This document shows, one piece after another, positions 9,001-18,342 of a stretch of DNA of 64,000 nt. The stretch's first letter is position 1. Every line of letters begins with the position of its first letter. The stretch is from Candidatus Latescibacterota bacterium. GTDB lineage: Bacteria > Latescibacterota > UBA2968 > UBA8231. Under the pieces are notes generated by a model. That model made no database searches. It was given only the letters and a program-made list of their open reading frames with translations, and was not told the origin of the DNA. The position numbers were made by a program, and so were the translations under genes. The DNA lies in assembly GCA_965243025.1 (NCBI GenBank), contig CBDETY010000003.1, positions 2,432,001-2,496,000 on the forward strand. Reading direction: 5' to 3'.

Positions 9001-10353
9001 ATGATCCTTCGATCACTCATCCATGCACTGGTGTTGGCGTCGCTGTCCGTACCGGCGGTTTCGCAAGATGGGCTTGCCGCAGCGACCGAGACGGACACCG
9101 CCGAAGTCTACCAGACCCGGCACAATCAGATGCTCTCCTTTCCCAAGCACCTCTGGAATATCCTTATCTACCCGATCGGGCAGTTCACCATCTGGGCCGA
9201 AGCCAAAGGCCTGTTCACCCGCGGGGGCAAGGAGAAAACCGCCGGATGGTTCCCTTATGTGGTCTTCGGCGGTGAGACGGGAACCGGTGAGGAAACAGGG
9301 TTCGGGGGTGGGCTCAACCTGTTTCGCGCTGATTTGTTCGGGCGGGGAAATCAATTCTCCGCGAACTTGATCGCCAACCGCTCCAATTACAGCGGGATTG
9401 CCCGGTATGGCGACCCCGGGGTCGGCGGCGGCCCCTGGTATTGGAATGCGACCGTCGAAGCGTTGGGAACCAGGTACGACAAGGCTACCATCAATGGCGA
9501 GGGCGAATCGGGGGGCCCTGAGGAGCGGTTCGATTTCCAGCAGCGAGACGTACGGCTTACTCTGAGACGCCACTCAAACTACGGCGAGACCGATGGCTGC
9601 GAACCGGATGCGATCGTTGAACTGCGGCTGTCGTACGGCTTTCGCCAGTACGACGATATCGGCCGCGAGTCCAGCGGCATTGCCGGGGCGAACGAGGCCA
9701 TCGACCTGTTCTCGGTCGGCGGCCGAACGGCCTACGACGACCGCGACTTCAAGCCGCCGAGCCGGTCAATCAGCCATCCTTTGAACTATCAATTCCCCGG
9801 ACGCGTCCTGTTGTTCGCCGACGGGAACTACTACAGCTTCCGCGACACCGCCTTCCCCGAGCGCGGCGGACTCATCCAGATCGAGGCGGATTACGCCGTC
9901 GGGTCCGGGAACGTTCGGTATTTACATTACGCAGCCGAAGTTCAGCGATTCTTCACGCTGTTTTACAACAATCGGATTCTTGCCTTGCGGGCAAGGCTCG
10001 AAAAGGCGCATCCCCTCGGAGACGACAGCATCATTCCCTATTCCGACCTGAACACCCTGGGAGGCGGTCAGCGCTTGCGGGGCTACAAGCGAGGATTCTT
10101 CCGCGGCCAGGGCAGCCTGCTGTTCAGCGCCGAGTACCGCTACCCGATCTGGGATACCTGGAACGCCTTCCTGTTCGTCGACGAAGGGCAGGTGTTCGAA
10201 AAGTACGGCGACCTCGAACCGGCGGCGTTCAAGTACAGTTTCGGCGGCGGCATCAGCGTGCGGACGGAACGCGCCTTCCTGTTCGGGCTGCGCGTCGCCC
10301 GCAGCGAGGAGGAAAAGGCATTGGTGGGGCTTTCACTGGAGAAGGACTTCTGA
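9001..10353 (+). CDS. Omp85/BamA-TamA family barrel without POTRA domains
   Basis: Signal peptide; LGGGQRLRGY (L6 lid motif); AEYRYP; FVDEGQV (FxDxG); terminal Phe; only 450 aa. Confidence 0.85.
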   Translation: MILRSLIHALVLASLSVPAVSQDGLAAATETDTAEVYQTRHNQMLSFPKHLWNILIYPIGQFTIWAEAKGLFTRGGKEKTAGWFPYVVFGGETGTGEETGFGGGLNLFRADLFGRGNQFSANLIANRSNYSGIARYGDPGVGGGPWYWNATVEALGTRYDKATINGEGESGGPEERFDFQQRDVRLTLRRHSNYGETDGCEPDAIVELRLSYGFRQYDDIGRESSGIAGANEAIDLFSVGGRTAYDDRDFKPPSRSISHPLNYQFPGRVLLFADGNYYSFRDTAFPERGGLIQIEADYAVGSGNVRYLHYAAEVQRFFTLFYNNRILALRARLEKAHPLGDDSIIPYSDLNTLGGGQRLRGYKRGFFRGQGSLLFSAEYRYPIWDTWNAFLFVDEGQVFEKYGDLEPAAFKYSFGGGISVRTERAFLFGLRVARSEEEKALVGLSLEKDF

Positions 10354-12029
10354 TGATTGTCCCGACGGTGACGTTGCTGTTGGCTTGGAGTCTGTTGTTT
10401 CCCAACGCGGCCACGGCCGCCCCGGAGCTGACCACCGAGCCGATCAAGTGGTTCGACGCCGACAACAGGCATATCACCGAGCCGGTCGAGATCGAGGAGA
10501 ACCAGGTCTGGGACATCGCCGACCACACCTTCTTTCACCAGGTCGGGAAAGTGCTCGACCTGGGGTGGTCCGCCCGCAGGGCCGGCAACCTCCTTGGCTT
10601 CGCCGGCCCGCGCCAGGCCGACAACGTCAACGCCCTCGACGAGGTGCCCAACTCCTCCTGGTTCACCAACCGGCACTTCCTGCGGCCAATGACCCTGGAA
10701 GAGCTGGCCGCCGGACCCGGTTTCTCCGAGCCGGACGACAGCGGCCCCTGGGAGATCGTCGCCGGCAAGTTCGAAGGCGGCACCGCCGGCTTCACCATCA
10801 AGGACGCCTCGAAGCGGTATTTCCTTCTCAAGTTCGATTCCGAAGGGAACAACGAGATGGGGTCGGCCGCGGAGGCGATCGCCACCAAGGTCCTGTACGC
10901 CGCCGGGTACAACGTGCCCCGCAACTCTGTCGTCTACTTCCACCCCGGGCTGCTGCGGATCGGCCCGAAGGCCAAGGTGCCGACCGGAGACGGCGGCAAG
11001 CGGCCGATGACGCAGGCGGATCTGCAAGGCATCCTCGACAACATCATCCCGCAGCCGGACGGCACCCTGCGCTGCATGGCCAGCGAATTCCTCGAGGGCA
11101 AGCCGGTCGGGGTCTTCAACTACGACGGCCGGCGAAAAGACGACCCCAACGACCGGGTCGACCACGAGCACCGACGCGAGCTGCGCGGCCTGCGCGTGAT
11201 CGGCTCCTGGCTCAACGACGCCGACCGCCGGGCGGCCAACACCCTCGACATGTACGTGACCGAAGAGGACGGCCGCAGCTACATCCGCCACTACCTCATA
11301 GACATGGGTTCCGCCCTCGGCAGCAACAACAGGATGCCGCACCTGCCCAAGTACGGCAACGAGTACGTCTGGGATCCGCGCACGATCCTGCGCTCGCTCG
11401 TGTCGTTCGGGCTCTACCGCAAGAAGTGGGAAGAGCCGCTGCCGATGAAGTACCCCGCGATCGGCTACTTCGAGAACGAGACCTTCAGTCCCCGGGGATG
11501 GGTTCCCACCTATCCCAACCCCGCGTTCGAGCGCTGCACCGACCGGGACGGGTACTGGGGCGCCAAGATCGTCATGGCCTTCCGCGACGACGAGATCCGC
11601 GCCATGGTCGAGCAGGGGCGCTACTCCGATCCGGGCGCCACTGCGGAGCTGACCCGGCTTTTAGCCGAGCGGCGGGACATGATCGGACGCTACTGGTTCG
11701 AGCGCGTCAACCCGCTGGATCACTTTCAAGTTGAAGACGGCGGCTTGCGGTTCGCCGATCTCGCCGTGGAGGGGGGGCTGGCGCGGCGGGCGTCGCGTCA
11801 GTGGCGGTATGCTGCCGTCGATGCAGACGGAGACCCGGTTTTCGATCCGCGGCCGATAGCCGAGCCGCTCATCCCGGTCGGCGATGAGGCGCGGGGCGGG
11901 GAGTTCTTCGGCTACCGGATCCGGAGCCGGAGCGGCGATGGCACCAAGTGGAGCAACCGAACTACGGTGTTTCTCCACAAGCACGAGGATGGCCGCCTCC
12001 AACTGGTTCGGATCGACCGGGAAGGGTAG
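10353..12029 (+). CDS. Secreted hypothetical protein with atypical (HipA/PI3K-like) kinase-fold motifs
   Basis: Signal peptide ending AATA; Gly-rich GKFEGGTAGF; LLKFD; conserved Glu; WLNDADRRAAN; YLIDMG; TGATG overlap with the Omp85 gene. Confidence 0.65.
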   Translation: MIVPTVTLLLAWSLLFPNAATAAPELTTEPIKWFDADNRHITEPVEIEENQVWDIADHTFFHQVGKVLDLGWSARRAGNLLGFAGPRQADNVNALDEVPNSSWFTNRHFLRPMTLEELAAGPGFSEPDDSGPWEIVAGKFEGGTAGFTIKDASKRYFLLKFDSEGNNEMGSAAEAIATKVLYAAGYNVPRNSVVYFHPGLLRIGPKAKVPTGDGGKRPMTQADLQGILDNIIPQPDGTLRCMASEFLEGKPVGVFNYDGRRKDDPNDRVDHEHRRELRGLRVIGSWLNDADRRAANTLDMYVTEEDGRSYIRHYLIDMGSALGSNNRMPHLPKYGNEYVWDPRTILRSLVSFGLYRKKWEEPLPMKYPAIGYFENETFSPRGWVPTYPNPAFERCTDRDGYWGAKIVMAFRDDEIRAMVEQGRYSDPGATAELTRLLAERRDMIGRYWFERVNPLDHFQVEDGGLRFADLAVEGGLARRASRQWRYAAVDADGDPVFDPRPIAEPLIPVGDEARGGEFFGYRIRSRSGDGTKWSNRTTVFLHKHEDGRLQLVRIDREG

Positions 12030-12158
12030 GAAAAGTTTCTCCAGGATCCACTGGCCCTTGGCCAGGCCAGTTGTTCACGCTTCATTCCCGTTTGCGTTCG
12101 TCACCCCTGTGGCAGACCCCCTGACACTCCTGACCTTCACCAGTAAACGGGCTCGCTC

Positions 12159-13625
12159 GTGAAAACCATCTTCATCATCCTCGATTCCCTGAACCGCCAC
12201 TACCTCCGCAGCTACGGCCCCTCCTGGGTGCAGACACCCAACATCGACCGCCTGGCGCGGCGCGGCCTGGTGTTCGACAACCACTACAGCTGCTCCCTTC
12301 CCTGCATGCCGGCGCGGCGCGACCTCTACACCGGGCACGCCGGATTCCTCGAGACGCCCTGGAGCCCGCTGCAGCCCTGGGACGACACCCTGCACGCGGA
12401 GCTGCGCCGGCAGCGCCAGACCTACAGCCACCTCATCACCGACCACTACCACTACTTCCACAGCGGCGGCGAGTTCTACCACGTCCAGTTCGACAGCTGG
12501 GAGTTCGCGCGCGGCCAGGAGCGGGACGTCTGGCGGCCGCTGGTCGACCTGCCGCCCCCGCCTCCCCACCTCGGCAAGTCGCAGCGCGGGTACTGGGCCA
12601 ACCGCGCCTTCGCCGACACCGGGAACGACGAGGACTACCCGACCCCGCAGTGCTTCGCCCGCGCCATCGAGTTCCTCGACGCCAACCGCGGAGCCGACAA
12701 CTGGCACCTCCACCTCGAGTGCTTCGACCCCCACGAACCGTTCTCCTGCCCGGCGCGCTACCGCGAGCTCTACGGCGACACCTGGGAGGGGGAGCACTTC
12801 GAGTGGCCGGAGTACGCCCCGGTGAGCGAGAGCCCCGAGGCGGTCGAGCATATCCGCAAGTCGTACGCCGGCACCCTGACCATGGCCGACGCCTGGCTCG
12901 GCAGGTTCCTCGACCGGATGGACGAGCTCGACATGTGGGAGGATACCGCCGTCGTCCTGAGCACCGATCACGGTCACCTGCTCGGCGAGCACGGGTACTG
13001 GGCCAAGAACTACATGTTCGACTACGAGGAGCTGGTGCACATACCCCTGATCGTCTGCGCTCCCGGGGTCGGGCACCGCCGCGTGCCGGCGCTGACCTCC
13101 GCCCTCGACCTGATGCCGACCTTCATGGAGCTGCACCGGGGGGAACTGCCGCCGAACGTGCAGGGCCGCTCCCTCTGCCACCTGCTGCCGGGGGGCGGCA
13201 GCCACCACGACGCCGTGTTCTTCGGCTACTTCGGCAAGGACATCAACCTCACCGACGGCCGCTACAGCTACTGCCGGCAGCCGCTGCCCGGCTCCTTCGC
13301 GTACAACCACGCTGCGGTGCTGTGCACATCACCCGACCCGGGCAGGATGGGAAATCCCCTGCACAGCCGGGAGGATCTCGCCGGGGCCGAGCACGGTCTC
13401 TTCCTGCCGCACACCCACGGCATTCCCCACCTGCGCCTGAAGGTGCCGTCGCACCGGCACCACAACGCCCCGGACTTCAACCCGGTCTACGATCTGGAGG
13501 CCGACCCGGGGCAGGAGAACCCGGTCCGGGACGGCCGGCTGGAGGAGGAGCTGGCGGGACAGATGAGGGAGCTGCTCAAGCGCTACGGAGCCCCGGAGAG
13601 CGAGTTCAGGCGGGTGGGGCTGTAG
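12159..13625 (+). CDS. Formylglycine-dependent sulfatase
   Basis: ILDSLN; CMPARRDLYTG (CxPxR); FDPHEPF; STDHG. Confidence 0.9.
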   Translation: MKTIFIILDSLNRHYLRSYGPSWVQTPNIDRLARRGLVFDNHYSCSLPCMPARRDLYTGHAGFLETPWSPLQPWDDTLHAELRRQRQTYSHLITDHYHYFHSGGEFYHVQFDSWEFARGQERDVWRPLVDLPPPPPHLGKSQRGYWANRAFADTGNDEDYPTPQCFARAIEFLDANRGADNWHLHLECFDPHEPFSCPARYRELYGDTWEGEHFEWPEYAPVSESPEAVEHIRKSYAGTLTMADAWLGRFLDRMDELDMWEDTAVVLSTDHGHLLGEHGYWAKNYMFDYEELVHIPLIVCAPGVGHRRVPALTSALDLMPTFMELHRGELPPNVQGRSLCHLLPGGGSHHDAVFFGYFGKDINLTDGRYSYCRQPLPGSFAYNHAAVLCTSPDPGRMGNPLHSREDLAGAEHGLFLPHTHGIPHLRLKVPSHRHHNAPDFNPVYDLEADPGQENPVRDGRLEEELAGQMRELLKRYGAPESEFRRVGL

Positions 13626-13756
13626 GGGTGGGGATACAAGTGGCCTGGTCCACCGCTTCAGGAAACATCTCCTGAGGAAACCTTAGCTTTAGAGATTCCT
13701 TCGAAACCAGGGCCACTGGTATTCCGGAGAATACTCCACATTCAGTTAGAGGATTG

Positions 13757-15625
13757 ATGACCCAGCCCGAAACCGCAACCCACGACGCGGTGCAAACCGC
13801 ACCCCGAACCGGCATCCGCAACGTCGCCATCATTGCCCACGTAGACCACGGCAAAACCACCCTGGTCGACGGCATGCTCAAACAGAGCAATGTCTTCCAG
13901 GCCCACCAGCAAATCGCCGAACGGGTCCTCGATTCCAACGATCTCGAGCGCGAGCGGGGCATCACGATCCTGGCGAAGAACACGGGCATCGTCTACGAGG
14001 GCACGACCATCAACATCGTCGACACCCCCGGGCACACCGACTTCGGCGGTGAAGTCGAGCGCATCATGAACATGGTCGACGGCGTGGTGTTGCTCATCGA
14101 CGCCGTCGAGGGGCCGATGCCGCAGACGCGCTTCGTCCTCAAGCAAGCGCTGGAGCGCGGGCACAAGGCCGTCGTCGTGGTCAACAAGGTCGATCGGCCG
14201 GCGGCCCGCCCCGACGCAGTGGTCGACGCCACCTTCGATCTGTTCATCGATCTCGGGGCCGACGACGAACAGGCCGACTTCCCCGTGGTGTACACCCGTG
14301 CCCTGGAGGGCCGCGCCGGACTCGCTCCCGATCGGCTGGCCCAAAACCTGGTCCCCTTGTTCGATGCCATCGTCGGCCACCTCCCCCCGCCCCAGATCGC
14401 AATGGACGGTCCGCCGCAGTTGTTGGTCACGACCCTGGAGCACAGCTCGTATGTGGGCAGGATCGGCGTCGGCCGTTTGAGCAGCGGTTCGCTTGCCGCC
14501 GGTCAGGCGATCATGCACATCGACGCCGAAGGCGGGATGCAGCCGGCCACGGTCGGACAGGTTTTCGTCTTCCGCAACCTCAAGCGCGAGCCGGTCGAGC
14601 AAGTCCACGCCGGCAACATCGTCGCCGTCTCCGGCGTGCCCGCCATCGGTATCGGCGATACGCTGACCTGCCCGGAGCGACCGCTGGCGCTGCCGCCGAT
14701 CAAAGTCGAAGAGCCTACGGTACGCATGGTCTTCAAGGTCAACGACAGCCCCTTCTCCGGGCGCGAGGGCCGCTTCGTGACCAGCCGCGAACTGCGCAGC
14801 AGGCTTTTCGAGGAGTTGGAGAGCAATGTCGCGCTGCGCGTGGAGAACCTGGAACGTTCGGGCGAGTTTGTCGTGTCCGGCCGGGGAGAGCTGCACCTGG
14901 CCATCCTGGTCGAGACCATGCGACGCGAGGGCTACGAACTGGCCGTGAGCAACCCCGAGGTCATCTTTCGCCCGAGTGCCGGAGGTATCCTCGAACCCGT
15001 CGAGCGGGTTTTCATCGAGGTGCGTGCCGAGTATCTGGGGCCGGTCAGCGAAATCCTCGGCAAAAGGCGCGGGCGGCTGCAGGACATCCGCCACGGCGAT
15101 GACGGCGTAGTCTACGCCGAATTCCTGGTTCCCACCCGCGGAGTTCTGGGGTTTCGCCAGCCCTACATGAATGCCACGCGCGGTACGGGCACCTTCAACA
15201 CGCTCTTCCACGATTACCAGCCGGTGGCCGGGGAGATCGACGTGCAGGAGCACGGCTCGCTCATCTCACACGAGCACGGAACCGCCAGCGCCTATGCCCT
15301 GGAGCATCTGCAGCAGCGCGGCACTTTTTTCATCAGCCCCGGGGAGGAAGTCTACGCCGGTCAAGTCGTCGGCCAGGCCATCCGCAACGAAGACCTGGTC
15401 GTCAACGTCTGCCGCACGAAACACCAGACAGGCCACCGCGCTACGCCCAAGGCCATCATGGATTCACTCTCACCCCCGCGCATCCTGACGCTCGACGAGG
15501 CGATAGAATACCTGGGCAACGACGAGCTCCTGGAAGTCACGCCCAAGGCCTTGCGCGTGCGCAAGAGAGAGCTGCAACACAGCCTGCGCTACCGCGCCGA
15601 AAAGAACGCCAGGAAAGAACAATAG
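13757..15625 (+). CDS. typA: Translational GTPase TypA/BipA
   Basis: [18 protein letters not shown]; [12 protein letters not shown]; [14 protein letters not shown]; NKVD; GRGELHL; ELLEVTP. Confidence 0.95.
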   Translation: MTQPETATHDAVQTAPRTGIRNVAIIAHVDHGKTTLVDGMLKQSNVFQAHQQIAERVLDSNDLERERGITILAKNTGIVYEGTTINIVDTPGHTDFGGEVERIMNMVDGVVLLIDAVEGPMPQTRFVLKQALERGHKAVVVVNKVDRPAARPDAVVDATFDLFIDLGADDEQADFPVVYTRALEGRAGLAPDRLAQNLVPLFDAIVGHLPPPQIAMDGPPQLLVTTLEHSSYVGRIGVGRLSSGSLAAGQAIMHIDAEGGMQPATVGQVFVFRNLKREPVEQVHAGNIVAVSGVPAIGIGDTLTCPERPLALPPIKVEEPTVRMVFKVNDSPFSGREGRFVTSRELRSRLFEELESNVALRVENLERSGEFVVSGRGELHLAILVETMRREGYELAVSNPEVIFRPSAGGILEPVERVFIEVRAEYLGPVSEILGKRRGRLQDIRHGDDGVVYAEFLVPTRGVLGFRQPYMNATRGTGTFNTLFHDYQPVAGEIDVQEHGSLISHEHGTASAYALEHLQQRGTFFISPGEEVYAGQVVGQAIRNEDLVVNVCRTKHQTGHRATPKAIMDSLSPPRILTLDEAIEYLGNDELLEVTPKALRVRKRELQHSLRYRAEKNARKEQ

Positions 15626-15695
15626 CCCCCCTGTCGCCCGGCAGCGGAGCGACAGATGAAGCCGGACGCAGCGGTAGATGGATTCCTCGCCCGGC

Positions 15696-15962
15696 TCAAC
15701 GGGTGCGCTCCGCGACGGCCAAGTCGTGGATGCGCTGCAGGTTGACCCAGAAGCCGGCCCCGTTGCCGAACAGCTTGCCGAAACGAACCGCCATCCCGGC
15801 GGTAACCGGCTGCCTCTCGTTGATGATTTCGTAAAGGGTCTGCCGGGATATCCCGAGGGTATCGGCAAGGGCCGTTTTGCTCATGGAAAGCGCAGGCAGG
15901 ATGTCCTCGCGCAGGATCTCGCCAGGATGCACCGGATCAATGGAAGGGTGTCTTCTGATCAT
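15696..15962 (-). CDS. higA: HigA-family antitoxin (HTH)
   Basis: PVHPGEILREDIL...LGISRQTLYEIINERQPVTAGMAVRFGK...FWVNLQ. Confidence 0.9.
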   Translation of the reverse strand: MIRRHPSIDPVHPGEILREDILPALSMSKTALADTLGISRQTLYEIINERQPVTAGMAVRFGKLFGNGAGFWVNLQRIHDLAVAERTR

Positions 15963-16092
15963 CAGTGATAGTCCTCAATGTCAACGTCCGCAGCACCGTC
16001 ATCGTCCCAACCGAATGTGACGCGCACATTGGCCGTCAGGCGGACCGAGTACCGGCCCTCACGGTCGCCCTCAGGGGATGAAAGTACGCTCC
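15962..16092 (-). pseudogene. higB: HigB (RelE-type) toxin remnant, 5'-truncated and frameshifted
   Basis: C-terminal GDREGRYSVRLTANVRVTFGW..DVDIEDYH; upstream YFHPL is in another frame (1-nt deletion near 16070); no start codon, N-terminal half absent. Confidence 0.75.
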
Positions 16093-16098
16093 TGAGCC

Positions 16099-16842
16099 TC
16101 AGCTGCTCCGCTTTTCCCGCCAGTACCCCTCCAGGCCGTCCCCGGGCTCCCACCCGAGAAGGCGCCGGGCCTTGCCGGCCCGCACCTGGTCCTGGGGCAG
16201 GTCCGCGGTGATGAAGAACGCCTCGCACTTCGACGGCAGCGCCTCGAGATCCGCCTCCAAGGCGCAGCGGACCGCCGCGGCCGCGTCGCGGTAGGTGACG
16301 GCGAACGGGTTCATCCCGGCTTGCGGACCGACGGAAGGGTGCGGCTCGCAGAACCGGGAGAAGAGCAGGGTCAGGACGTGGACCGGGTGCCGTTCGGAGA
16401 ACAGGCGGCAGATCTCCTGGCCCAGCGACTTGCTGAGCGCGTAGAGCCCGGTTCCCGGGTGAGGCGGAATATCCTCGACGATGCCGAAGTCCCAAGCCAG
16501 GTAGCGCGGCCCTGCCAAGGTGAAACGGGGGCCGGTGTTGACGAAGCGGAGGTGCCCGACCTCGACCGCGGCCCTGAGTCCGTTCCAGGTGCCGCGTGTG
16601 TTGACGTCGAAAGCGCCGCGGCGGTCCCGGCGCGACACCGAGCAGTTGACGATGGCGTCGGTCCCCTCGGCCGCGGCCCGCACCTGCCGGTAGTCGGCGA
16701 CGTCGACCTGCATGGTCTCGTGCGGGCCGTCCACCGGGACCACGTCGGTGACGCGCAGGTCGCAGTCTCTCTGCAGCTCCCTGACGACGTGCGGCCCCAG
16801 GTAACCGTTGCCGCCGAGCAGCAGGATACGCGGCCTAGCCAA
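16099..16842 (-). CDS. NAD-dependent epimerase/dehydratase (extended SDR, uronate-dehydrogenase-like)
   Basis: LLGGNGYLG; DVAD; YALSK (YxxxK). Confidence 0.85.
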   Translation of the reverse strand: MARPRILLLGGNGYLGPHVVRELQRDCDLRVTDVVPVDGPHETMQVDVADYRQVRAAAEGTDAIVNCSVSRRDRRGAFDVNTRGTWNGLRAAVEVGHLRFVNTGPRFTLAGPRYLAWDFGIVEDIPPHPGTGLYALSKSLGQEICRLFSERHPVHVLTLLFSRFCEPHPSVGPQAGMNPFAVTYRDAAAAVRCALEADLEALPSKCEAFFITADLPQDQVRAGKARRLLGWEPGDGLEGYWREKRSS

Positions 16843-18082
16843 AGGCGACTCCTCCCCTGCCCTCGAGCCCGGCGTAGCGCTGCGCGAACCCGGGGCTGCC
16901 GTTGTCGTCTATCACCTCGAGGTTGGAGCCGGCCTCGAAGATCGGCAGCCCGGCCTGCCGGTAGCGGCCGTGGAAGGCGCTGCGGTTGCCGGCGATCTCG
17001 ACGATCTCGCCGCCGGCCCGGGTGTAGCGGTAGAAGTGGCGGGGCTCCTCCACGGTCGTGTAGTCGACTTTGTATTTCCCGATTGCCGCCTCGTCGATCT
17101 CGACGCCGAGCCCGGGCCCGTCGGGCACCGGGTAGTAGCCGCCCCTCACATGGTGCGGGGTTTCGAGCAGCTGGGACTCGTAGATGTTCATGCAGGTGAT
17201 CGCCGGCCACCGGGCTTCGCTGCAGACCGAGCCGACGTGCGCGGCCCAGGCAGTGGTAAGGCCGCTGCCGACCAGCTGCAGCCAGAACGGCTTGTTGGCC
17301 GCGGCGACGACCGCCTGCTGCCGCATGATCTGCGCGGCCCCGCCGCCGATGATGAGGCCGTCGGCGATGTCGTCCCGCAGGACCGTCATGATCGCGGGCC
17401 GGTCGACGTGCATCGCAACGGGCCGGTCGATCCGGGCGCGGATCTGCCGGTTTCCGGCGACGTCCTCCTGCGGTATCGGGGTCTCGATCATCGCCACCTG
17501 CTCGTACTGCTCCAGCGACTTCAGCAGAGGCACGGCGTTGGCGGAGTTGACGAGGTGGCCGTTGAAGTCGAGGTCGAGCCGGAACTGCGGCGGGACCACC
17601 TGAGCCACCGCCTCGATGCAGGCGTGCAGGTCCTGCCAGGGCCGCGTCTTCAGCTTGGCTGACATGTAGCCCCGGGCCGCCGCGGTCTCGCACTGCCGCG
17701 CCCAGCCTGCCGGGTCCATGTCGCAGGTCCACCAGGAGACCGGGCAGCGGTTGCGGACCCGGGGGCCGAGCAGGTCGCTGACCGGGACGTTCTCGTTCCT
17801 CGCAACCGCGTCGAACAGGGCGACCTGGACGCCGCAGCCGAGGCTGTCGTCCCAGAGCAGCGAGGCGGCTTCCCTGCCGATGATGCGCTCCTCGATGTCG
17901 TCCGGGACGCGGGCGTGGGTGGCGTTGAGGATGGTCTCCCCCCAGCCGGCGGCGCCGTTCTCCAAGGTCAGGCGGCACAGCTGGATTATACGCCACGGGG
18001 AGATCCAGTACTTCAGGTAGCTGCCTGCATGCGGTTCGAACGGCACGTCGAGGTGGAAGAGCTCGACACGGGCAACCTTCAT
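16835..18082 (-). CDS. Mandelate racemase/muconate lactonizing (enolase superfamily) enzyme
   Basis: GWGET; AKLK (KxK); LDFN; IETP; VPDGPGLGVEIDE. Confidence 0.85.
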   Translation of the reverse strand: MKVARVELFHLDVPFEPHAGSYLKYWISPWRIIQLCRLTLENGAAGWGETILNATHARVPDDIEERIIGREAASLLWDDSLGCGVQVALFDAVARNENVPVSDLLGPRVRNRCPVSWWTCDMDPAGWARQCETAAARGYMSAKLKTRPWQDLHACIEAVAQVVPPQFRLDLDFNGHLVNSANAVPLLKSLEQYEQVAMIETPIPQEDVAGNRQIRARIDRPVAMHVDRPAIMTVLRDDIADGLIIGGGAAQIMRQQAVVAAANKPFWLQLVGSGLTTAWAAHVGSVCSEARWPAITCMNIYESQLLETPHHVRGGYYPVPDGPGLGVEIDEAAIGKYKVDYTTVEEPRHFYRYTRAGGEIVEIAGNRSAFHGRYRQAGLPIFEAGSNLEVIDDNGSPGFAQRYAGLEGRGGVAFG

Positions 18083-18342
18083 TCGGGTCCTCCTGCAATC
18101 ATCGGGGTGAAAGTCGGGGAGTGCTCGGACCGGCGGAAACCGACGGTGGGAACACCTTGCTGCAACGACGGGCGGTCAGCCTTCGTCATCGGCCGGCGCG
18201 AGCCTGGGCCAGCGCGGCGGTGCAAAAGAGGCCGGCCAATCGAGATGAAATCATGCCGGGCCAGTGACGACAGACGCTGCGCCGACGGGAACGGGCCCCC
18301 TCGATCGGCTGCGAAAGACCATTGCATGCCGGGGGCCCCCGC

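Noticed and set aside
15962-16495. 177-aa ORF as an intact HigB
   Set aside because: Only the last about 35 aa are HigB-like; the rest overlaps the epimerase in another frame.
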